DNA from: Octopus sinensis
Lineage: Eukaryota
Assembly (NCBI RefSeq): GCF_006345805.1
Contig: NC_043003.1
Location: 62,744,001-62,808,000 of the forward strand
DNA: 64,000 bases
Direction: 5' to 3'
Each line of letters opens with the position of its first letter. Positions within the stretch are counted from its first letter, which is position 1. The notes below the pieces were generated by a model, which did no database searches, was not told the origin of the DNA, and worked only from the letters and a program-made list of their open reading frames with translations. Position numbers and translations under genes: made by a program. This document shows, piece by piece, positions 37,349 through 50,194 of the stretch.

Positions 37349-38845
37349 CTTAATGTTTGTTTTCAATGCTGGTGTGGGCTGGATGGTTTGACAAAGGCTG
37401 GAAACTATGCGAAGCTCTAATGTCTACTTTGGTATGGTTTCTGTGTCTGGACGCCCTTCCTAACACCAACCACTTTACAGGGTGTGCCGGGTACCATCCA
37501 ACCCATACCAGCATGGAAAACAGCCGTTCAATAATGATGATGATGTTTATATATATATGCATGTATGTATGTCTCTTTTATAATAATTATTTTCAATAGA
37601 TTTATATGTGTCATCATGACTCCATATTCATATACAAAATTTTCTATACAACAAACAAACAAAATCAATGAAATACATCAAACTGTCAAGTAATTTAGAA
37701 CATTGCCTTTTTCTATATCGAAGTTATGGACTGATTTTCTTTTTCTTTTACTTTCAATTTCTTGAGTAACACCTGCAACTCCATTGAAAATGGAAAAACA
37801 TACTTTTGCATATTTGGTGAAATAAGTACATTTCTAGTAAAAAGCAGTCGCCAAAAAAAAATCTCCATTCACTTTCATGTGGCCTTTCTGTGTGCATATG
37901 TGTGTGTGTGTGTGGTGTGTGTGTGTGTGTGTATGTGTGTGTGTGCAAATATATACACATGAATATAGATACGTGTGTGTAAGAATACATATGTCTGTAT
38001 ATCTTTGGATGTGGCTTCTCACCCTCAAACTGTACTGTATTATTACTTATATATTTTCTGAATACAACCATATCAATGTACGTAACTGCTTTCCAAAATA
38101 AGCATACATTTCATTTTTACTTGATGGCTCTGCAAAAGCTATAGGATTTTACATAAGCACTTAGCTCTTAGTGCGTTGCTCCACATAGAAACAACTGTAA
38201 GCTAATGAAGGTGATTATGTTATCCCTGTTCTTTTGTCAATCCTTAATTGGTACATCATCATCATCATCTTCATCATCATCATCATCATCATCATCACTT
38301 AATGTCTGTTTTCAATGCTGGTGTGGGCTGGATGGTTTCACAAAGGCTGGAAACTATGCGAAGCTCTAATGTCTACTTTGGTATGGTTTCTGTGTCTGGA
38401 CGCCCTTCCTAACACCAACCACTTTACAGGGTGTGCCGGGTACCATCCAACCCATACCAGCATGGAAAACAGCCATTCAATAATGATGATGATGTTTATA
38501 TATATATGCATGTATGTATGTCTCTTTTATAATAATTATTTTCAATAGATTTATATGTGTCATCATGACTCCATATTCATATACAAAATTTTCTATACAA
38601 CAAACAAACAAAATCAATGAAATACATCAAACTGTCAAGTAATTTAGAACATTGCCTTTTTCTATATCGAAGTTATGGACTGATTTTCTTTTTCTTTTAC
38701 TTTCAATTTCTTGAGTAACACCTGCAACTCCATTTGAAAATGGAAAAACATACTTTTGCATATTTGGTGAAATAAGTACATTTCTAGTAAAAAGCAGTCG
38801 CCAAAAGAAAATCTCCATTCACTTTCATGTGGCCTTTCTGTGTGC

Positions 38846-38876
<31 letters not shown>
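36960..38876. repeat. Near-identical ~955-bp tandem duplication bounded by (TG)n tracts
   Basis: CAAATATATACACATG at 36991 and 37946; about nine differences by eye. Confidence 0.97.
37173..37244 (+). CDS. Candidate internal exon (72 nt, phase 0-0; LCKSYRILHKHLALSALLHIAETT)
   Basis: Acceptor TTTCATTTTTACTTGATAG, donor GTAAGC; only phase 0 is open. Confidence 0.4.
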
Positions 38877-39364
38877 ATAGAGAGAGAGAGAGTTAATGTG
38901 AACCCTTGTTTTCACATTGTGTGATGGTCATAAGCAAGCATTATTGTCATACAAGTGATGTTTTTCATTCTCAGTCTTCCATGAAAAACATGTCTGACCA
39001 TGGGAAAATATTACCTTGCTTAGAAACAAGTGAAGGTTGGTGACAGGAAGGGCATCCATAGAAAATTACTTCAACGAATTCAATCTGACCCATGAAAGCA
39101 TAGAAAATTTAGATGTTAAATGATGATCATGATAATGATGTCCCAAACTTGTAGATGGCTAAAATTATTATTGCTATAACATTGTCATTATTTCTTTAAA
39201 ATTACTATTGCTGTAGCATTAATAATGATTATATCATTATTTATATATTAAATTTGGTCTTGTGCATGTAGTAAAAGAAATTATATATTACATTATTATT
39301 ATCATTATCATCATCATTGTCGTTGTTGTTGTTTCTTTTCATTATAATTTTATTTCATCTGCCT

Positions 39365-39669
39365 TAGTACCGGGCATCCTCTGTAGGCCAAGAATAGCAA
39401 GGGCACTTTTGTTTTGCTATGCATGCTAAAATTATCACCACATTTATTCCATTTTAGATGGAGAGAGCTTTCCGTAGAATATGGGCTGTACCCATCAAGC
39501 TTATCTTTTGTAGTTCATGGAGATTAGAGTTACCAGGGAGTTGCCTAATATACTTCTCAGCTCCCTTCTTAACATTCCCAATGCACCAATCACTACTGGT
39601 ATTATTGTAGTACTAAGCTTCAACATTTTTGTGATTTCAGTTTGCAGATCTTTATAGTGAGAAAGCTCC
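39365..39669 (-). mobile_element. 5'-truncated R4/Dong-like LINE 3' end
   Basis: ELSHYKDLQTEITKMLKLSTTIIPVVIGALGM (RLE C-terminus); decayed (AAT)n on its 3' side. Confidence 0.8.
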
Positions 39670-39689
39670 ACACGATCAAAATGTCTCAA

Positions 39690-40472
39690 GAATCGAATAC
39701 GAAATGAAGCTAGTATGCTCTGCTAGATGTGTAATACCAGTGTGCATGCACAACAGAGTGTAAGTGCTCTGAGAGAAAAGTTTGACATAAGAAGCATCAG
39801 ATGTGGTGTGCAAGAGAGACAACTGTACTGGTATGGTCATGTGTTGCATATGGATGAGGACAGATGTGTAAAAAGTGTCACACCCTAGCAGTAGAGGGAA
39901 CCTGTGGAAGAGGTAGATCCAGGAAGATCTGAGATGGTGAAGCACAACCTTTGAACGTTGGGTCTCACAGAGGCGATGACAAGTGACTGAGACCTTTGGA
40001 GATATGCTGTGCTTGAGAAAACCCAGCAAGCCAACTGTGACCGTAACCATGGCTTATGCCAGTACAGCATAACCAAACCGTTTAAGAGTACCCTTCAGTC
40101 ATTGGGCAATAAACTGCGCTTGTGAAGACCTTTTGAGTCACTCATGCCAGTGGCACATAAAAAGCACCATTCAAGTGTAGTCATTGCCAGTGCTGCCTGA
40201 CTGGCTCCCATGCTGGTAGCACATAAAAAGCACCACTCAAACATCATTGATGCTAGCACTGCCTGACTGGCCCTTATGTTGGTGGCATGTAAAAAGCACC
40301 CACTACACTCTTAGAGTGGTTGGTGTCAGGAAGGGCATCCAGCTGTAGAAACTTTGCAAGATCAGATTGGAACCTGGTGCAAACTTCTAGCTTGCCAGTC
40401 CTAAGTCAAACCGGCCAACCCATGCCAGCATGGAAATCGGATGTTAAACAACAATGACGATGAGGATGAGGA
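39690..40472 (+). mobile_element. 5'-truncated RTE LINE
   Basis: RNEASMLC*MCNTSVHAQQSVSALREKFDIRSIRCGVQERQLYWYGHVLHMDED; 3' UTR repeats and tail. Confidence 0.9.
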
Positions 40473-40666
40473 TATGAATGTGTGTGTATGTATGTATTAA
40501 TGATTTTATGTCAAGTTTATAATAAAAATAATTTTGCTTGTAATTGAAGAATTATTCAATACTTTTTTGCAAAGCTCATGATTATATCATCTTACAAGAT
40601 GGTTGAATGTGACTTCAGAGACTTCAAAGCTACTGTCACCCCTCTTTTGGTAAAAGTTTCATGTGT

Positions 40667-40721
<55 letters not shown>

Positions 40722-40930
40722 CGCACATACACATATGCATATATATATTTATATATTTTATTCTTTTATTCTTCTATTTGTTTCAGTCATTTGACTGCAG
40801 CCATCCTGGAGCACCACCTTTAGTCAAACAAATCGACCCCAGGACTTATTCTTTGTAAGCCTGGTGATGTAAACACACTAACATCGGTTGTCAGGTGATG
40901 GTGGAGGGGACAAACACAGACAAACAAACA

Positions 40931-42169
40931 TCATAAAAATTAGTTTTCCTAATAATCATAAGTATCACCATATATTTAATAGATCAACAATTTATATTTC
41001 TTTTTCCGCATTGCCAAACATAGGATCAATTATTGCCAACTCTAATAGATGAAAACTTGATAAATATAGTTTAAGAAATAATAGTAATACTAGTAAAGAA
41101 ATACACAAAGTGCTAGAACACCAAATAATATCTAATATAACACTAGTTCAAGAGGTAGTATTATGGGAATATACAGCAATGCTATAACATTAACTGAATC
41201 TCAACAAAATTCTAATAATTGTATATTTCAAAATTTGAAAACGACTAGATATGAGAGGACTCTAGATAATCCAAGACCACAATCTAATAACGATAGTAAT
41301 ATACAAGCAGTGAATTTACTTAATGCTCTTATAAATGTTTCCACAATAATTTCAGCTATAACACCACACACCATAATGAATAATCCTAATACCATAAAAC
41401 CTAATACTACAGAACAGAAACATATAACTGAATATTGCACATGTAAAAATAATAAGTCAGGTCCTTTAGAAGGCAAATGTAGAAGGTTCAACATAATATA
41501 TAAATGTACTGTTACTAAAACTGCTAACTCACATAGTAAGAATATATAGGGAGCTTCATTAACTTTAACCCATAAAGTGTTGGGATTTGTACTTACATAG
41601 CATGGCCTGCTAAGCACATTTTATGAAAATGAGACAACCATGCACACATAAAAAAGCAAAAAAAATAGTTAAAATATCTTCTTAGTATATAATGGTTGCT
41701 AGTTTTACATCATCTGAAAAGTCATTAGTTGAACTATTAGTCCTCTTGCATTCTGGGGCGGGGGTATCAAAGCGTTTGAGTGACATTAGACCCCAACAAA
41801 CGCCCATAAATTAAATGCATCTATCAGGGCCATGATCGTAGCCTGTCGACCTGTGCCCGTCATACATTATGTGTTAAACAAAGATTTATAACCAATATAC
41901 ATTCATTTAAACCAAGTATCATGAACAACACTACCTCATTGGCTGCATATATACATAAACTCAAACTAAAAAATGTTAACTATGAATTACCCTGGTCAGT
42001 TATCGACTCAGCTACACCACATACCCACAAATTTTCTATTTGCCGTCAATGTACAAAAGAATCGCTTTACATATTATTATATAAGCAAAATAATTTAATT
42101 AACTGCCAATTGGAAGCATTATCCACACGTAGACATCAGTTTTATAAAACTTTTAAACACTATAAGTGA
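40931..42169 (+). mobile_element. Penelope-like element 3' part (RT thumb, N/T-rich linker, Cys linker, GIY-YIG endonuclease)
   Basis: FPNNHKYHHIFNRSTIYISFSALPNIGSIIANSN; CTCKNNKSGPLEGKC..NIIYKC; EYIGSFINFKQRF; TTSLAAYIHKLK..WSVI..CRQCTKE. Confidence 0.9.
41569..41873. mobile_element. 305-bp TTAA-flanked insertion (piggyBac-type MITE)
   Basis: TTAA at 41565-41568 and 41874-41877; ends CCCATAAAGT versus reverse complement CACATAATGT (8/10); removal restores the GIY-YIG frame. Confidence 0.8.
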
Positions 42170-43096
42170 TCATTAAGAAAAGCTTCACATTAATATTTTG
42201 TAATTTATGTTTTATTATTAAAATAAAATATAAAGATTATTGTAAGTGAAAAATTAATAAAACTAAAATATTTTTAATCAAACATATATTCACAAGATAT
42301 AGGATTATCCATTAAATAAATACTTAGAATTTATCCTCTTGAAATTTGAACCTGTACTCTTTTGATATGAAACTAATTGACTTTAAATATAATACAATTA
42401 TTTACTCGATAGCAAGTCAATACACAACCATATCTACATTTTTAATAATAAAAGCAACAAATAATATCACTCTTATTTTCTCACATTTATGGATTACACC
42501 TGGAAGAAGAAATGGATGATAGTAATTCTATTTTTGTACAGCCATTACGAATTTTTACCATGTATCTATTCTACTTTTTTAGAATTTTAGCACAAATTTA
42601 TACCAACACTATATGTATGCCAATAATTTAAAAAAAAACATTTTCCACATTTGCTTTAAACACCATTTTCTTCATTCTATTTCCTCCACTGAAATTCATC
42701 CTTTTGATTTGGTTCTCTCATGAGTGGATATACTTCCCAACGATGCTTATCAACTTTAGATTTTGTTTCAAGAAGAAGTATATTCATGAAGCAATAGTAA
42801 GAACTTTTAAACATTTTAAAACTTTTTAATAATCATGACTGTACTTTATTTATTAATACAATATTGCTAATATTATATACTTATTTTTATTATGATTTTT
42901 AAGATATTCCACTATTTTACTCTATATATATATAGAGTTTCTATTTACCAAATCCACTTACAAGGCTCTGGTCAGCCCAAGGCTATAGTAGAAGACACTA
43001 GCCCAAGGTGCCACGCAGTGAGACTGAACCCAGAACCATGTGGTTAGGAAGCAAGCTTCTTATCACCCAGCCATGTTATGTAAATATATATACATA

Positions 43097-43420
43097 GGCA
43101 CAGTTGTGGCTGTGTGGTAACAAGTTTGGTTCCCAACCACAGGGTTGTGTTCTATCCCACTGCCTGGTATCTTGGGAAAGTGTCTTCTACTATAGGTCCA
43201 AAAACTGAAAGAAGTCTGTCATGTGTATATGTGTGTGTGTGTGTTTGTCTGTCTGTCCCTCACTACTGCATGACAACTGTTGTAGGTTTGTTTATGTCCC
43301 TGTAGCTTAGCAGTTCTGCAAAAACAGACTGATAAAACCAGTTTCAAAAAAATAATTACTGGAGATGATTCATTTGTCTACAATTCCTCAAGCTGCAATC
43401 TAATGACTGAAACAAGTAAA
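43097..43420 (+). mobile_element. SINE family A-related older copy
   Basis: TGGCTGTGTGGTAA head, CORE-like segment, ATGACTGAAACAAGTA end. Confidence 0.7.
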
Positions 43421-44399
43421 AAACTAGAAGAATGTATATATGTGTGTATAAATATCACACACACACACACACAATCATACAGATAATTATCTGTGCAAAA
43501 ATTATAGTATATTATATTTTATTTCTTTGATTCATAATCAAGATACTCAGTAAATGAAGTTTCTGGAAACAAATTTTCGGTTTACCGTAAGATTTTTTTT
43601 TTTTGTTTTAATTTTTGTTTTCATTCTTTCATTTTTGTGATTGAAAAAATTAATCATAAATGATCTGTTCAGTTCTGTTGCTTAGAGGTTTCTCCGGTTC
43701 CTTCGTATCCCTTGTTAGAACCAAAATAAGTGACTGCAAATCAATAAATTGAATTCTTGATGGTCTTTCTGCCAATATCAGAAATTATGTGATGTGCGTG
43801 TGTGTGTGCATAATATACAATTATGTACATAAAATATAAAATCTATATTGGCTGAATCTCTGCAAAGTCACTTTTCAAATTTCATTTTGTATTCTCTCTC
43901 ATCTTCTGTCTGATTTGAAGTTTATTCTCTTAAGAAAGTTGCTGATACACTTGGCTCTCAGCCCAAAACATAGGCCCTTCCAGCTGTAGAATTGTAGAAT
44001 GTAACAGTGAGTGTATGACTAAATAAAATATTTGCCAAAAAAACTTAACTAATAATTGAAATTTACAACAAAATTGTTCTGTGCTTTTGGGAGGGAAAAA
44101 AATGGAATTTTTACATTCTTTTCTATATCAAACATATATCATCGATAACAATTTTGTTGCTCCCTAAAGATACTTGTCCAAAAAAATCTTTAGTAATCCT
44201 TGAATATTGGATTAAAGATTCAGTTATAAAACATTTGTATTAATAATAAGGGCAGCAATAATATTTGCCACAAGGACAACCATGAAGGGACATTATAAGG
44301 ACAAATTACAAAAGCAAATGGGCTTTATGCAGAACCAATTAGGAAACAAAAACCAGGTATGGGAAATGACAGAATGAAAAGTCCTAATGAGGAGACAGC

Positions 44400-45900
44400 C
44401 AGTTAGCTTCACTCTACGACCCCCCCCCCCCCAGTTCCAGAACTGTCCTGACTATTAGTGTTCTCATCCAACTGTATTTCCCAGTCTACAGATGTATTCT
44501 GAGAGTAGGCCCATTTTACTCAGGACATGCTGACTGCTCTCATCTAGCTTTCAGAAAATTCCCTAAATGGTAGCACTCTGCCTCACCTTCACTCTTACCT
44601 CCACCTACCGCTCACCAAGTTTCACTTAACAATGGTTTGGTTTCCAACGAGGATATCTATCCTTAGTTCCTTCAGCTTTATCTGCCAAATAATCTTTTTT
44701 GCCACAACTAACAGAATAAAAGCAGGCAGGAAAACTGCTTGCCCTTCTCAGCCAAAAAAGAAGAAGGTGGGTACAGTTCCCATGATGGATTTGGCAGATA
44801 TCTGGATCTCCATGACATGTGGCAACAGTTGTTTGACCCATCTCTATATATAAACAATTATTAAATACTGAATGAATGCTGATAGAAAGGTTTTTGTTGC
44901 TCTGTGTGCATCATGAATGGGCTGGAGTGATGTCACTTTCATACTTCTAGAGTTCATCCTGAACCAGCAGTGTTGCTCCACTTTGGGGTCTTTGCAAAGT
45001 CAAGGTTTTAGAGAAGACGCCCATAGCGCCAGATCATAAATCCTCTGGAAAATGCTGTTTAGTACATATATCATTGATGTCTTGAATCTTCCTGAGAATG
45101 TTGGTGCTTTTACCCAACAGAAATCCTTTAGAGAATGCAAAGGTTAAAGTATCACTGACTTCATTGCCAACTGTCAGAGAACTCTAATAACATTCCAGAT
45201 GATCCATTCCCAGGCTTGGTCTTTGTTTGATCCAAAACTTTTACTCTACCAAAAGGATTTGTGTGAAAACATTCTTGACAAACAGCAACCACGCCTGCTC
45301 TCCTTCCAGGAATCTCTGCAGAGGCTGCATCTTCATCACATAACTGTTCAGCATCAGCTATGGCATTTCAAATCATCTGTGTTGAGTGTTGACAGTATAT
45401 GGACCACTTGACCAGAAGAACTTATCCTTCCATAAGAAACAAAAGAGAAGACCCTCCACTATGGTTTAATAAAAGCTGGGGGCAAGCCACAATGGTCAAG
45501 CAGTAATAAAGGATGGTCAGGTTGACCTCTTCCCAACATTACTCACAGCTCATGTTTTGGTGAAACCAACTAATCTGCTCATAACTTTATCCCAATTCCT
45601 ATCCACCTAGGGGTCCAACCCAAACCGAACCCTAGGCTTCTTAGAACTATCAACCAAATGACCCAGTACAGTAATCAGCATGAACTTGAATCTTCAGTAT
45701 TCCTTTGCAAGCCTGGCTTTTCACTGTTAATGAATGTTCTTGGTAATCATTGTGTCTCTTCATTGTAAATGATGACTACTTCAGTTTTCATCATTCATAG
45801 CACTATCACATGAACATCATTCCTATTTGCTGACACAACCCCCATAATTTCACTTCAGGCGGGATGTCCCTCCGCAACACTAACTTCCACAGCATTAGCT
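44400..45900 (-). mobile_element. Decayed Tx1/L1-clade LINE ORF2 (RT motif to C-terminus)
   Basis: VSANRNDVHVIV (decayed YADD), INSEKPGL; VKQLLPHV..ISAKSIM..GQAVFL..VVAKKIIWQIKLK, homologous to 19500-19895. Confidence 0.7.
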
Positions 45901-46012
45901 TGATGCAGGAAGCATGTGATTCAGATCATTCTGAAAAGGTGGTAATTTATTTTGAACATTGAGTAGATATCCCTAGACATTGTAATAATGAAAAAGACAT
46001 GTGTATATATAT

Positions 46013-46049
<37 letters not shown>

Positions 46050-47719
46050 CATAATAACTATGCATCAAAAGAATTTTTATCACTTTGTCTTAAGTCAGTC
46101 AACCTATAAAGATTTTAGATTATTAATAATTCTAAGAACAAAGAAGAATCTCCTGAACCTGCCAAAGCTTGGGATTGTACCAGAGACCATTACATGGCTG
46201 GTTTAATTCTCTCACCTATGAGCTATTGCAGCAATCTTTGAAGGAAGCCATAACTTTTAGAAATGTATTTATTACAAGTAGTTGATAGTTTAGTTGATTG
46301 AAAGAGCTCAACACATTTTGTTGAAATCAACAAAGATCCATTTACTTTAAAATACATTCACATACATATACATGCAGATATGTGTGTGTATATACAATCT
46401 TGTTTGTTCTTAATAAAAAATAACAGAAAACTGCCTGGAGGTGGGTGTTTCTGCCAGGAATAATAATTATGTTGCCTTCTAAAATTGACATAGGCCAGAA
46501 TTATATAAGAAATATGATTATTTATATTGATCCTTGTGTATGGAATTGCATTAAATAACAATAATAATAATAATAATAATAATGGCAACAATTTTTTTTC
46601 CTTCATTAGCCATAAGTGTTTAAAGATACCAAAAAAAATCTTTCACTAGTAATTTCAAAGGAAAAAAAGAAAGTGTGAAGTGTGAAAGACACATAAGTAC
46701 AGACTGGGGTGGGTGAGAGATGCTATATAAAATATGGAAGGAGGTATTAAGATTTTAAAACTGCACAGATATGCATGTTTGTGCACACACACATTTGCTT
46801 CGGAAAAATAGGAAAGTACAAAAACAAAAATAATTAAAAGAAGATAAAACTGAAGGCAGTAAATACTTGAAATATTACTGGTTATATTGAGTTGGGACAC
46901 TCCACAATGCTGTTCATTTAACTATTTCTCTAATTGTATGAGAGTGCTACCAAGTGCACCAATATGCAGTTTTTGAGAGATTTGGTTATAGAAAAACACT
47001 AACATTTCAAGGGTAATTACTATTAATTTCAGTGCCATGTGTTAATTTTAGTTTTGTTATAACCCACCTTCTGCTTGTTCATATTCTGAATCTGCTTTGT
47101 GTCCTTATATCTTGTTTTGAAAGTCTGTGGTACCATAGATGCATAATTTTGGCTATTGACAGTTTGTTTTAATTTCAAAGAACTCTGACTCTCAGTCCAT
47201 CTTTTTTTCTTTACTTTCTTTGTGACTTTCCTAGGGTGGGAAAGGAGGTTCATTGACACTTGGAAGAAATTGTTCCTCTTTTTTTTTTGTCGTTATATGT
47301 TGAATCTTCTTTTTCAGTGATTTTTACCTCTATTCTTTTTGTGGGTTTTTTTTTTCCAGATCATTTGCAGGTTTCCTTTTATTGATATTTCTTTGTCATT
47401 TATAATTATCTTTTCTTCATCATACAATGTATGCATGGTACTACAAGTTGGTACTGTTGGGGGACAAGGTATATATTTGAGGGCAATACGGACATTTTAC
47501 TTGCTATCACCTGATCTTGCTTTAGAAACAGGGGTTTGTTGTTCTTTTTGTTATTCTCTTGATCTTCATTATTTTCATTTTTCTTTTCTTTTTTTTTTCT
47601 AGTTTAATCTCTCCAGTCCCTCCTGATACTCAGTTCTGAGGTGAATATTACTCTGACAAATGCAGCAGCAAGGCTTTCTACCCTATATCATTAATTTCAT
47701 GTTCTTTATCTCAGTGTCT

Positions 47720-48150
47720 TCTACTGGACACAGTTCCCATGTGGGCTCTGTGGTCTTCATGATTTGAAAATCCATTTTAGCATCTCCTGACCACATGTAG
47801 TTCCAATGTGGCTCTGTGGCCTTTAGGTATCATTAGGACTTGAAAATCCATTTAAACATCTCTTGACAACATGTCAACTTACATTAAGTTTTCTCTCACT
47901 TCTCTTACCATACTGTGATGCAGAAATGTTTATTAGCTATGGCTCTTCATAGTATCTGTTGTCTTATTATTGTGATTCTGTGGCACTGAAGGGTCATTAG
48001 GCCTTGCAAGTCCATTTTGACACTCTCTGACAATAGATCACCTTTCATTAAATCTTTGTCCACTCTTGCATAATGTGAAGCAGACATCATTTATTAGCCA
48101 TAGATCTATATTGTGTCCAATGTCTCTCATTGTGATTCTTAAGTTTCTCT
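47720..48150. repeat. Old degenerate tandem duplication, ~160-bp unit, plus shorter partial copies
   Basis: TCTGTGG..TCATTAGG.CTTG.AA.TCCATTT..TTTATTAGC..TTGTGATTCT recurs. Confidence 0.65.
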
Positions 48151-48504
48151 AATCCAACTCGTGTATAATCAGAGGGAACAGGTTCAACCATACTATCAGA
48201 TGTTATACATCGCTAGTCACACTCCACTTTGCATCATTTTAACTTTCAAATGATGCCACTCCAGTAGGTAGGTGAGCAGGCCAGCATTCCCCCTGATTCA
48301 GAGGTTAGTCCATCATAGACTTACGCCTGCCCACTCAGCTGTAAATGGGTAATATGAAGTGGAGTGTTTTGCTCAAGAACACAATGTGCTACCCAGTTTG
48401 GGAATCAAACCCACAGTCTAGCAATCATGAGGGCAAAACCCTAACCACCAGGCCAGAGGTATGTTTGAAAATTTCAGTCTGTGGCTGTATTTTCAGTTTC
48501 ATCT

Positions 48505-48797
48505 GAACGTGACCAATGCCAGTACCCTCTCACTGGCCCCCATGCTGGTGGCACATAAAAAGCACTATCCAAATGTGATCAATGCCAGGCCCACCTGACT
48601 GGCTGCTGTGCCGATGGCATGTATAAAGCACCCACTACACTCTCGGAGTGGTTGGTGTTAGGAAGGGTATCTAGCTGTAGAAATATTGTCAGATCAGATT
48701 GGAGCCTGATGTAGCCACTGGCTTTCCAGACCTCAGTCAAACCGTCCAATCCATGCCAGCATGGAAAACGGATGCTAAACGATGATGATGATGATGA
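48505..48797 (+). mobile_element. RTE 3' UTR/tail fragment
   Basis: Two ~65-bp units, then CCACTACACTCTCGGAGTGGTTGG...(GAT)n. Confidence 0.8.
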
Positions 48798-49581
48798 CAG
48801 TGTGCCATAATTTTTTCCTTTTCAATTGAAAGAATTTCTCCTATATCCTGCAAAGACTGTTGTACTATTTGGCATGAAATAAGATTCAGTTTGCTTCCAT
48901 CTTGTTATATGCAGTGATATGTAAATTTTCTCTTTGCTCTCTTCCGTTTATTAAATTCTGTGACAAGGAAATGCTGTTCAGTTTCGCAAAATTCTTTCAC
49001 CTACATTTTTTTCCTTCTTGTAACTGTGACAGATCTTAAAATTCCGTTGTTCAGTTTGTATTCAAGAAAGCTTTGCCTGAGCATAACTGCTCTTTGAACA
49101 CTCCACAGTATTTAATATCTTGTAATTATCTACTGCAGTTGTTGTTGTTGTTGTTACTATTATTATTATCTTCAAAACTACTTATCTAACTATTTGGGAT
49201 ATTTTCTTTTACTTTTCCGTTGCTCTGTTCCTTTTCTCCTTCCTTTTCTACATTCACTTAGATGTGTTGATTTTACATTCTTTCATGTTTTTGTTTTGTT
49301 TTATTTCCTATGTAATGTTGTGTAGCGTGAATATGTGTGACAGCCATTTTGGATGTGGAAAGGGAATGTGTGTCAATAAAATTTCAAAATTTTGTGAACC
49401 AAAGCTTTTTTATTGCTTTCCAATCCAGGGATATCATGGATAGTTCTCTTTCTAGGCAATTATAGTTCTTTTTACTAGTATTCCAGAGGAAATTTCATTT
49501 GGTAATACTTGAATAGATTTGTTTTGAAGAGAAAAGCACAATGGCATCTTAACATTCTGAGTGTCAAATAATAATAATAAT

Positions 49582-50105
49582 ATGGCTTCTGATCTTAACT
49601 GATTGGAAGTGTTGTCATGTACATGTTTTATCTTTGTATAAAAGATGGCTGCAACAAATATTTTGCTCACTACCACAGATTTGCTTGTTAGTTGTTTGAC
49701 CTTAACCAGTAGAGCATGTCCCTTTGTTTGCTGACAATATGTGTGTCTCTGATCATGAGCAGAATTAGTGGGGAAGCATCATAGCCATGTGTTGAGAGGA
49801 ATTCTTTGGGGTTTGAATAATCCACCTCTGGAAACGTGGGTGTCTTGTTCAAAATCCTTAAACAACCCTTATTCAGGTACCTTTTCAGCAGACTGGGCTA
49901 CTCAACCTAAAGAAAGTTCTAACTGGGCCCCACCTGTAAGCTCATGTGCTGTTTATTTTGATGTGAGATCACCATGTCACATGGATATGGCTGTGATGCA
50001 TGTACCTGGTGTATCCTCATCAGACGTGTAGTCATGATGGGTATATTGGGGTTCATATATTTGTTCACCAGCATCTTTTTGATGGCATGCACTGTTCTTT
50101 CACTC
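49582..50105. mobile_element. Second copy of the (AAT)n-bounded non-coding repeat
   Basis: Collinear with 32400-32900; (AAT)n on both sides. Confidence 0.8.
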
Positions 50106-50149
<44 letters not shown>

Positions 50150-50194
50150 TCAATAATGATAATAATAAAAGCTGAAGAAAGGATAGCGAAGAAC

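Noticed and set aside
42542-42796. Two small phase-compatible exon candidates (42542-42561, 42760-42796)
   Set aside because: They lie inside the 2-kb insertion that splits a SINE, so they are unlikely to be ancestral host exons; one donor is weak.
46120-47010. Two further exon-like frames (IINNSKNKEESPEPAKAWDC.., CYQVHQYAVFERFGYRKTL..)
   Set aside because: They need a weak GTTTAA donor and a rare GAG acceptor.
47428-47469. MYAWYYKLVLLGDK, resembling a small-GTPase G1 lead-in
   Set aside because: Only a few matching residues, no acceptor or continuation found; likely chance.
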